Below, one piece after another: positions 54,472 through 62,133 of a stretch of 64,000 bases of DNA. Source of the DNA: an uncultured Campylobacter sp. (lineage in GTDB: Bacteria; Campylobacterota; Campylobacteria; Campylobacterales; Campylobacteraceae). Below the pieces are notes generated by a model that made no database searches, had not been told where the DNA came from, and worked only from the letters and a program-made list of their open reading frames with translations. The DNA lies in assembly GCA_900539255.1 (NCBI GenBank), contig UQBJ01000003.1, positions 22,058-86,057 of the forward strand. Direction: 5' to 3'. Numbering within the stretch: position 1 is the first letter of the stretch; each line of letters begins with the position of its first letter. Made by a program: the position numbers and the translations under genes.

Positions 54472-56814
54472 TTATTTGTTGTTTTGGTTGTTCGCCGCGT
54501 TTATCATATTTGTTATCGCGGTGCCTTGATTTTTTATGCTGGCGATAATCGCATCATATTGCACCCACTTGCTAAACATAGCTTCATAGTAGGCGTCTAT
54601 GCGGGTTTGCTCTTTGGTTTTTTCATCACCTAACGCTTTGGCGTCTGCTTTAAGTTTATCACTATAAAGCGTCAAAGTGCCTTTTTTCGTATCCACAGTG
54701 CTTACTTTCGTGTAGCTTTGCAGTGTGCTTTTGAGCTGTGAAAACACGCCCGTGCCTGTTTTGGTTTCTGGGTTTATCTTTTGCGCTTCAAGTCCAAATT
54801 TAGCCAAAAAGTCTTTATCGCCTGAAATTTCAAAGTCTGAGCCATCATCGCTTTTAAATTTAAGCGCGTAGCCTTTCTTTTGCTGCCCGCCTTCGGTGAG
54901 CGTGAATTCTTGCATAGAAACTTTTAGCCCATTTATGCCAAAGCTGTTTATGTGGTCAAGCAGCTTTTGCGCACTTTCTGTTGCGTCTTTGCCCTCTAAC
55001 TTAAAGTCGCTTTTGCCATCGGCTGTTTTGGTTAAATCATAACTCACATCGCCAAAGGTAAGCTTAAATTCCTTGCCTTTAAATTCAAGCCCATTTTGGA
55101 ATTCCGCGCCCTCAAAAGTCTGCGCCTTGCCGATGACATTGACTTCCTCAAAGCCACTTGTGCCTGAGAAAAAGCTCTCCGCAAAGTCTGGGTCCTCAGC
55201 AAATTTTTTCTCAAATTTCGCGCTGTCAAATTTCAAAAGCGCAAGCTGGCTTGAATTTGATTTTGAAGTATCATTTAAAGATAGCCCAAAGTCCAGCACC
55301 GACACAAGCACATTTGTTTTGGTTTTGTTGCCCTTGTCATCGGTTGTCGTGCCCTCTATGGATTGCGAAGTAAAAAGCATTTTGTTGATGGTTGAACGCA
55401 AATTTTTGATTTCAATGACATCGGCTAAATCCCCTGAAACCTTTGTTTTGCTGTCATAAGCGGTTACATCGTTAAGGTAATTTACCAGCTCGTTATACTT
55501 CTCAACAAGCTCTTCCATAGTGCTTGTAAGCCCCTCGCTGTCTTGCTTTATGTCGAAATTTATCTCGCCCGCTTTGAGTAAATTCAGCGTCAAACCCGCG
55601 CCTATGTCCTTTATCTCATTTGTCGAGCGATACATTTTTACGCCATCAAGCGTAAATTCAGCATTTTGCGCCTTTTTAAGGTGATATTCGCCTTTTGCAT
55701 CATCAAGCGAGTAGCTTTTTGAAATGCCTATTTGTAGGGTTTGTTCTAAAAAGTCAGTGGTGTCTTTATCGCTTGAATAAGTGCTAGTGCCTTTATCTAG
55801 CGTGCCGTCAAAAATTTTGATTTTTGTCGAGCTGCTTGCCTTGTCGCCCGCGACAAAGTTAAAAGTAAAGTTACCCGAGCCGTCTTTCACGGCTTTGAGT
55901 TCGATTTTACCACTTGTTTTAGTCTTAACTTCATTGATAAGGTCATTGTAAGTTTGTTTGTTTGTTGCAGAAATTTCAAATTTCTCTTCCCCCGCCCAAA
56001 GCGTGAATTTAATGTCCTTGTCTATTGTTGTATTTAAATTATTTACACTGCTCGCCTTTGTGCCGCCGCTAAACGCAAAGCCTTTCATATCAGCTTCAGC
56101 GATATTGTCTTTTTTGAGTGTCCAGCCTAAATTTCCAAGTATCTTTTCGGCATTTGTGTCTTCTTGATAAACGCCCGTTTGAGAGTCTTTCGTGCCAGCA
56201 AAAAAACTTATGGCATTATCAGCTCCCGTTTCCTTGCTCGAAAGGGTAAAGCGATATGGCGTGCCTTTTTCGCCTGTGGAGACGATTTTAGCGATGACTT
56301 TGCCATCAGTGGCTGAATTTATCTTGTCCGCCAAATCCGCATAAGTGGTATTTGCCTCGACTTTTATGGTGTATTCTTTGCCATTTTGCATTATGGTAAA
56401 ACTTGCAGCTTTTTGTTGTCCTGTTAAAACTCTGTCCGTGTCTTTGGTGATACCGCCACTTTGAAAGACATCTTTTTGGGCGATTTTCTCAACCTTTACG
56501 CTTAAATTTTGCACGCTCACGCCGTTGCTTGCTGTGAGTGTCGCCGCTGCGCTGTCGCCTGTTACGCTTGGAGTTACCTTTCTTTTGCCAAAGGCTGTGG
56601 AGTCGCCTAGCGAGCTAACCGCACTTTGAAAGGCAGCAAGCTTTGTGGTAAGCTCTGTGAGCGCCTTTTGCTTTGTGGTGTTTGTCTCTATCTTTGTCTC
56701 ATAAGGCTTTACTCTCGCGCTTATGTCGGCGTTTTTGAGCTTTTCTAGTGTTTCTTGGTTTAAAACCTCTGAGCCAAGTCCTAAACTCGATAATGTTCCC
56801 GTTGCCATTTTCAA
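54472..56814 (-). CDS. fliD: Flagellar filament cap protein FliD (long form, 780 aa)
   Basis: N- and C-terminal FliD coiled-coil regions with an expanded central domain. Lies between flaG and fliS. Confidence 0.88.
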   Translation of the reverse strand: MKMATGTLSSLGLGSEVLNQETLEKLKNADISARVKPYETKIETNTTKQKALTELTTKLAAFQSAVSSLGDSTAFGKRKVTPSVTGDSAAATLTASNGVSVQNLSVKVEKIAQKDVFQSGGITKDTDRVLTGQQKAASFTIMQNGKEYTIKVEANTTYADLADKINSATDGKVIAKIVSTGEKGTPYRFTLSSKETGADNAISFFAGTKDSQTGVYQEDTNAEKILGNLGWTLKKDNIAEADMKGFAFSGGTKASSVNNLNTTIDKDIKFTLWAGEEKFEISATNKQTYNDLINEVKTKTSGKIELKAVKDGSGNFTFNFVAGDKASSSTKIKIFDGTLDKGTSTYSSDKDTTDFLEQTLQIGISKSYSLDDAKGEYHLKKAQNAEFTLDGVKMYRSTNEIKDIGAGLTLNLLKAGEINFDIKQDSEGLTSTMEELVEKYNELVNYLNDVTAYDSKTKVSGDLADVIEIKNLRSTINKMLFTSQSIEGTTTDDKGNKTKTNVLVSVLDFGLSLNDTSKSNSSQLALLKFDSAKFEKKFAEDPDFAESFFSGTSGFEEVNVIGKAQTFEGAEFQNGLEFKGKEFKLTFGDVSYDLTKTADGKSDFKLEGKDATESAQKLLDHINSFGINGLKVSMQEFTLTEGGQQKKGYALKFKSDDGSDFEISGDKDFLAKFGLEAQKINPETKTGTGVFSQLKSTLQSYTKVSTVDTKKGTLTLYSDKLKADAKALGDEKTKEQTRIDAYYEAMFSKWVQYDAIIASIKNQGTAITNMINAANNQNNK

Positions 56815-57200
56815 CTCTCCTTATCAAATAATAACCCTACGGCGTTGCGAAAATACCCCGCTAACGCCCTAGCTTCTTCACTTGGAAACTCCCTGATGAG
56901 TTTGCCTGTGTTTTTTTCAAGCACGCGCAAATACAGCCTGTCTATCTCATCGCTGAAATCAAAGGCTATGTTGGTGTTGAGTAAGTCCATTTGCTTGTTA
57001 AGCTCGCTCGCAAGCTCTTTGAGCTGCTGCGTGCCTTGCTCTTGCTGCTCCTCGCTGAGCTTTTGGGCATTTTGCACTAGGCTTTCACCCACGCCTTTGG
57101 ACTTTTGCGCCCTTTTATCTGCTGATAAAGCAGTAGCATCCGTTTTGCCTGAATTTGCCCTGACACTCGACACTATGGTCGTTTCAATCGCATCTAACAT
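56811..57200 (-). CDS. flaG: FlaG family flagellar protein
   Basis: 129 aa with a FlaG C-terminal motif (NIAFDFSDEIDRLYLRVLEKNTGKLIREFP). Confidence 0.85.
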   Translation of the reverse strand: MLDAIETTIVSSVRANSGKTDATALSADKRAQKSKGVGESLVQNAQKLSEEQQEQGTQQLKELASELNKQMDLLNTNIAFDFSDEIDRLYLRVLEKNTGKLIREFPSEEARALAGYFRNAVGLLFDKES

Positions 57201-57239
57201 CTATTTTCTCCCTTCCTGTGAGAACTCAAATCCAAACGA

Positions 57240-57275
57240 TAAATCGACAACAAGCATAAAAATTTTATACCCTTG
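57240..57275 (-). promoter_or_regulatory. Possible sigma28 promoter for flaG-fliD-fliS
   Basis: The minus strand reads TAAA-N17-CGATTT (...ggtaTAAAatttttatgcttgttgtCGATTTatcg), upstream of the flaG ATG. The match to TAAA-N15/16-CGATwT is approximate. Confidence 0.3.
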
Positions 57276-57317
57276 TATAAATTTTTTACTCACTTTTTTG
57301 TTTTGCTTTAAATTTTT

Positions 57318-57560
57318 AGCCACATTTTAAATTTTCTAAATTCTACTTTTAAATTTTAAACTCTTTTTCTAAATTTTTAAACTTTTTTGAATTCTTTTTC
57401 TAAATTTCTAATTTTTTTGAACTCTTTTTCTAAATTTTAAACTCCATTTGTAAATTGTTGAACTCTTTTTTCTAACTTTCTAAACTCTATTTTTAATTTT
57501 CTAAATTTTTATTTAAATTTCTAAACTTTTTTGATTTTTTTAAATTTTAAACTCTAATTA
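57318..57560. repeat. Degenerate tandem repeat (~21-22-bp unit aactctttttctaaattttta x ~10)
   Basis: Direct reading of the flaG/Sel1-gene intergenic region. Confidence 0.75.
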
Positions 57561-57566
57561 ACTTAT

Positions 57567-57775
57567 CTTGTCATACTTCGCTATTTTTGTCATACTTTGT
57601 TATTTCTTGTCATACTGAGCGTGAGCGAAGTATCCACAAATTTAAAGCGTGCCTTAAAATTCTTTGGATTTTTCGCTACGCTCAAAATGACAACGATTTG
57701 TTTGCCATACCGATAGTGTGATAAGTATCCATTTTGCTTTGCCATACTGAGCGTGTGCTAAGTATCCGCGAAGTT
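57567..57775 (+). repeat. Dispersed imperfect-palindrome element, locus D (three TTGTCATACT half-starts, full copy 57607-57692, two further left-arm-like units)
   Basis: Full copy: TTGTCATACTGAGCG-tga-GCGAAGTATCCACAAA...TTTGGATTTTTCGC-tac-GCTCAAAATGACAA. Flanking units: TTGCCATAC...AAGTATCCA and TGCCATACTGAGCG-tgt-GCtAAGTATCC. Confidence 0.8.
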
Positions 57776-57894
57776 GCTTTGTCTGAAAGCAAATGCTTTG
57801 AAAGCAAGCACAAGATAAGTCCGTGAATTTTATCAAATTTGTGCTACAATTTCGCAAATTTTAAATTTTCAAAGCAAAATTAAGGAGCAAACAA

Positions 57895-59463
57895 ATGAAA
57901 AAGTCGCCATCATTAAACGCAAAAGCCCTTATCATAGTGGCTTGTGTCGTTGTGGTTGTAGTGGGCGTGATTATCGCGCAAACACTTGGGCTTAGATTTG
58001 AGGTGAAATTTGACAATTACACCACGCAAAAGCAAGAGTTGCAAGCAAAGTGTTCGGTAGAAGCTGAGGAAGTCGATGAAATAGCCTGCCTTAAACTTGG
58101 CAAGATTTTTGAAAAAGAAAAGGACACGGACAACGCCATAAAGTATTATGCGGGTGCTTGCTCGGCAAATGCTTACACGCATTTAAATGAGCCTGAGTTA
58201 AAATACGCCTGCTCGGCACTTGGGGCTTTGTTTGAAGCGCAAAAAGAGTATAGCACGGCTCTTACTTACTACGCCCTTGCGTGTGAGTTTCAAGAACCAA
58301 AGGCTTGTGCCAAAATAAGCGAACTTGCGCCAAAAGAGCCTGAATTTAACGCTGCAAATGCTTTGTTTAAAGCGTGCAGGGAAAATTTTCGCAAAAAAGA
58401 GTATTATCCTGCCTGCCTTGAACTGCAAAAGATTTATGTAAAAAACGATAGAGACATACCGAGCGCTATCAAAGAGATGGCTGGAATGTGCAGGGATATA
58501 TTTTTGCCCGCTTGTGCTGAACGCAACAAGGCTGTGGATAAATATGTGGCTGATAGAATCAAAAATATCCGCGTTGAAATTGATAAAAGGGAGTATATCA
58601 TCTCAAATTTTGATAAGTATTGCGCAAATTTCAAAGTAAAAAGCGCGTGCGAGGCAAAGGAAAGTTTTCTTGCTCAATTTGATAAAGAATGCCAAACAGA
58701 CGAGGCAAACGGCGAAAGCTGCGTTTTGCTGGCTCGTTTTTATATGTCAAATAAAACAAAAAACCTATACAACGATAAAATATATTTAGAGCCTTTTAAA
58801 AAGACGGCGCAAAAGGGTTGTGATTTGGGCAATTCTAATGCTTGCTATCTTTTGGCGAAGTATTACTACAAGTATTTGGATTTGATAAATATAAGAGAAA
58901 ACAAAACAGACGAGCTAGCCATAAGCGAAGCAAGAAAATTTGGCAAAAGAGTGTGCGCGGAGTTAAAAGATGCGGGCAAATGCGTGCGGCTTGCTGAGTT
59001 TGAAACGGATATTAAAGAAAATGATGATGAGCGGGTGAAAAATATGCTTTTCTATCTTAAAACGGGTTGTGATGAGCTGGGCGATGTTAAGGTGTGTCAA
59101 ACCCTTGCAGAGCATTATGATGAAGGAGTTGTTAATAGACGAAAGCCATATCATCTTGATGAAAAATTTATCAACCAAAAACAAGCCTTGCATTACTATG
59201 ATAAGGCGTGTGCTTTGGGCGTGGGTTGTATGCGTTTAGCGCAAATTTATCTTTGGGGAGAATATGTGAGCGATAAAGAAGTAAGGCGAAATTTAGCCAA
59301 AGCAAAGCACTACTTTACTAAGGATTGCGATAGCGGTGTTGATGATTATGAATGTGGCATTGATGGCGATGATAATGTTTGCTCGGCAAGCAACCCAAGC
59401 TGCCTTATAAAGAGATTAAGCCCAAAAGAGCTTAAAAATTTAGATGAGAGCATTTTTAACTGA
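57895..59463 (+). CDS. Sel1-like repeat (SLR) cysteine-rich protein, Helicobacter Hcp-like, with N-terminal TM/signal
   Basis: 522 aa. The SLR consensus with paired Cys (AC..LG..F......A..YY..AC) recurs. The N-terminal hydrophobic segment is ALIIVACVVVVVVGVIIA. RBS AAGGAG. Confidence 0.7.
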   Translation: MKKSPSLNAKALIIVACVVVVVVGVIIAQTLGLRFEVKFDNYTTQKQELQAKCSVEAEEVDEIACLKLGKIFEKEKDTDNAIKYYAGACSANAYTHLNEPELKYACSALGALFEAQKEYSTALTYYALACEFQEPKACAKISELAPKEPEFNAANALFKACRENFRKKEYYPACLELQKIYVKNDRDIPSAIKEMAGMCRDIFLPACAERNKAVDKYVADRIKNIRVEIDKREYIISNFDKYCANFKVKSACEAKESFLAQFDKECQTDEANGESCVLLARFYMSNKTKNLYNDKIYLEPFKKTAQKGCDLGNSNACYLLAKYYYKYLDLINIRENKTDELAISEARKFGKRVCAELKDAGKCVRLAEFETDIKENDDERVKNMLFYLKTGCDELGDVKVCQTLAEHYDEGVVNRRKPYHLDEKFINQKQALHYYDKACALGVGCMRLAQIYLWGEYVSDKEVRRNLAKAKHYFTKDCDSGVDDYECGIDGDDNVCSASNPSCLIKRLSPKELKNLDESIFN

Positions 59464-59536
59464 ATTTGTGCTTTTTGTCGCTAAAATTTACTGAATTTGC
59501 GCTAAAATTCAGCGTTGAATTTGAATTTTAAGGCAA

Positions 59537-60358
59537 ATGATGAAAAATTCCAAAAAAGTGATGATTTTAAGCGGGGCAGGATTATCAGCTGAAAGTGGCT
59601 TAAAGACTTTTAGAGATAGCGGTGGGCTTTGGGAAAACTACGATGTAATGGAAGTTTGCTCGGCAACAGGATACGCTAAAAATCCGCGCAAGGTGCTTGA
59701 ATTTTACGATGAAAGGCGAATGCAGCTTAAAAATGTCGCGCCAAATCACGCTCACAAGGTTATCGCCGAGTTAAAGAGCGAATTTAAAGAGCAAATTTTC
59801 ATCATCACGCAAAATGTCGATGATTTGTTGGAGCGGGCGGGCTGTGAAAATGTCATTCATCTGCACGGCTTTTTGCCCGAAATTTATTGCGCAAAGTGTG
59901 GCTACAAGGAAAATATAGGCTATGAAAGACTCAAAAGCACACTTTGCCCAAAATGCGACAAAAACGCCCTGCGCCACAACATAGTGATGTTTGAAGAGCT
60001 TGCGCCCGAGTATGCCACGCTTTATGCTGCACTTGATGAGAGTGCGCTTTTTGTTTGCATAGGCACGAGCGGTTTTGTGCTGCCTGTGGGGCATTTTGCA
60101 AGGGCTTGCGAGCATAGCATTTTAAACAATCTTGAAGTTGATGAGAATTTAGAACGCTATTTTGAAAAATGCTATACGCAAAAAGCAAGCGTGGCTATCG
60201 ATAAAATCGCCGCTGACATTCGCGCTTTTTTACGAAATGGCGCATTTTCAGCCACAAGCGCAAATTTAAAAGGCTCAAAGGCTGGCAAAAACGACAAAAG
60301 CGAGCTTTCAAAGGCTGAAAGCGAAATTTTGGCTAAAAAGGGGCAAGATGATGATTGA
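59537..60358 (+). CDS. cobB: NAD-dependent protein deacylase, Sir2/CobB family
   Basis: 273 aa with GAGLSAESGLKTFRD, the catalytic His (HLHG) and a Zn ribbon CAKCG...CPKCD. It has a ~50-aa K/S/E-rich C-terminal extension. Confidence 0.85.
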   Translation: MMKNSKKVMILSGAGLSAESGLKTFRDSGGLWENYDVMEVCSATGYAKNPRKVLEFYDERRMQLKNVAPNHAHKVIAELKSEFKEQIFIITQNVDDLLERAGCENVIHLHGFLPEIYCAKCGYKENIGYERLKSTLCPKCDKNALRHNIVMFEELAPEYATLYAALDESALFVCIGTSGFVLPVGHFARACEHSILNNLEVDENLERYFEKCYTQKASVAIDKIAADIRAFLRNGAFSATSANLKGSKAGKNDKSELSKAESEILAKKGQDDD

Positions 60359-60950
60359 AAGCCTATTTCAAGGCGTTTTGCTTGGGCTTGGCGTGGCTGT
60401 GCCTTTTGGACCCTTAAATGTGCTGATTTTAAGCTATGCCCTGCGTTCCTTTAAAAACGCCTTTGCTTTGGGCTTGGGCGCGATGAGTGCTGACATTTTT
60501 TACTTGCTTTTGCTGCTTTTTGGGCTTTTGCGCTTTTTAAACAGCCACATTTTACAGCAAATCATCGCCCTTTTTGGCTTTGTGTTTCTCAGTTTTATGG
60601 CGTTTTCGCTGCTTAAAAGCAAGGCAAAGGCACTTCAAATCAAGCAAAATTCAGCAAATGAAAGCATTGCAAAAAGCTATTTTAAGGGCTTTGTGCTGAA
60701 TTTACTCAACCCTTTCATCATCGCTTTTTGGGCGAGCGTGTCGCTGATTTTTTCGCAAAATGAAAGCAAGGCGTTTATGGTGCTTGGGCTGTTTGTGGCG
60801 ATTTTTGCTTGGGTTTTTTCACTCAGCTATTTTGTGGCTAAATTCGCGCACAAATTTAACGCCCGCATAGTGCGCGCCATAAATCTCATCTCAGCCCTTA
60901 TCATAGAGTATTTTGCACTGCTTTTGGTGTATAAGGTTTTTTTGGTATAA
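60348..60950 (+). CDS. LysE/RhtB-family amino-acid exporter
   Basis: 200 aa with 6 TM segments and a LysE-type N-terminus ([12 protein letters not shown]). Confidence 0.75.
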   Translation: MMIESLFQGVLLGLGVAVPFGPLNVLILSYALRSFKNAFALGLGAMSADIFYLLLLLFGLLRFLNSHILQQIIALFGFVFLSFMAFSLLKSKAKALQIKQNSANESIAKSYFKGFVLNLLNPFIIAFWASVSLIFSQNESKAFMVLGLFVAIFAWVFSLSYFVAKFAHKFNARIVRAINLISALIIEYFALLLVYKVFLV

Positions 60951-60972
60951 TGTCATAAAAAAAGGACAAAAA

Positions 60973-62070
60973 ATGGACGCGAAAAATTTACTATTTGAGC
61001 TTTTGCGCTTTAAATCGCTCACCCCAAAAGATGACGGAGCGCTGAATTTCATAGCTTTGGAGCTTGATGAGTTTGAAGCCTTTTTCATCGAAAAAGAGGG
61101 CGTGAAAAACTTGCTGCTGACAAAGAAATTTGCCCAAAACGGCGAGCATTTAGCCTTTGGTGGGCATATTGATGTCGTGCCTGCGGGGGAAGGCTGGGAC
61201 AGCAATCCTTTCAAACCCCTAGAAAAAGACGGCTTTATCTATGCTCGTGGTGCGGCTGATATGAAAAGCGGGCTTGCTGCCTTTCTTAATGCTTGTCAAA
61301 GTGCTAAATTTAAAGGCTCTCGCCTTTCTCTCATCATCACAAGCGATGAAGAGGGCGAGGCGAAATTTGGCACGGTTGAGGTGCTGAAATTTATGCAGGA
61401 AAGGCAAATGTTGCCTGATTTTGCGGTGGTGGCTGAGCCAACTTGCGAAAACGCCTTTGGCGACAGCCTTAAAATCGGCAGGCGTGGCTCTATCAACGCA
61501 AAACTCATCATCAAGGGCAAGCAAGGACACGCCGCTTACCCAGAGCGGTGCGTAAATCCCGTGCATAACTTCGCTAGCAAACTTGCGAACTTGTCGGGCT
61601 TTGATTTAGACAAGGGCGATGAGGATTTTAGCCCGTCAAAAATCGTCATTACGGACATTCGCGGCGGTATAGAGCTTTGCAATGTAACGCCAAACGAGCT
61701 TTGCATAATGTTTAATGTCCGCAACTCCCCACAAACAAGCTTTCAAAGCGTGAAAGACTATGTAGAAAAGCTTTGCGCTGGGCTTGATTATGAGCTTGAC
61801 ATAAGGCAAAGCTCCAAGCCCTTTCTCACGGACAAGGACAGCAAAATCGTCCAAAGGCTCGCCCAAAGCATAAACAAAATCACAGGCATCACCCCAAAGC
61901 TCAACACCAAAGGCGGCACGAGCGATGCAAGGTATTTTGCTGAATTTGGCGTCAAAGTCGTGGAATTTGGCGTGAAAAACGCGAGCATTCACGCGGCAAA
62001 CGAGCGCGTGAGCGTGGCTGATTTTGAAAAACTTTGCCTTGTGTTTAAGGACTTGATAGAGAATTTTTAG
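60973..62070 (+). CDS. dapE: Succinyl-diaminopimelate desuccinylase (M20 peptidase)
   Basis: ATG at 60973 with RBS AAAGGA, giving 365 aa. It has the M20 metal-binding motifs ([18 protein letters not shown]). Confidence 0.88.
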   Translation: MDAKNLLFELLRFKSLTPKDDGALNFIALELDEFEAFFIEKEGVKNLLLTKKFAQNGEHLAFGGHIDVVPAGEGWDSNPFKPLEKDGFIYARGAADMKSGLAAFLNACQSAKFKGSRLSLIITSDEEGEAKFGTVEVLKFMQERQMLPDFAVVAEPTCENAFGDSLKIGRRGSINAKLIIKGKQGHAAYPERCVNPVHNFASKLANLSGFDLDKGDEDFSPSKIVITDIRGGIELCNVTPNELCIMFNVRNSPQTSFQSVKDYVEKLCAGLDYELDIRQSSKPFLTDKDSKIVQRLAQSINKITGITPKLNTKGGTSDARYFAEFGVKVVEFGVKNASIHAANERVSVADFEKLCLVFKDLIENF

Positions 62071-62133
62071 GCTGAATTTAGGGGACAAAATGAAAATCAA
62101 CGGCGAGAATTTAGGCAAATTCAAGGGGATAAA

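Noticed and set aside
59537-60358. Sir2-domain defence protein (Thoeris ThsA / DSR)
   Set aside because: It has the canonical CobB core with a Zn ribbon and no SLOG, TIR or other effector partner genes nearby. The neighbours are housekeeping.
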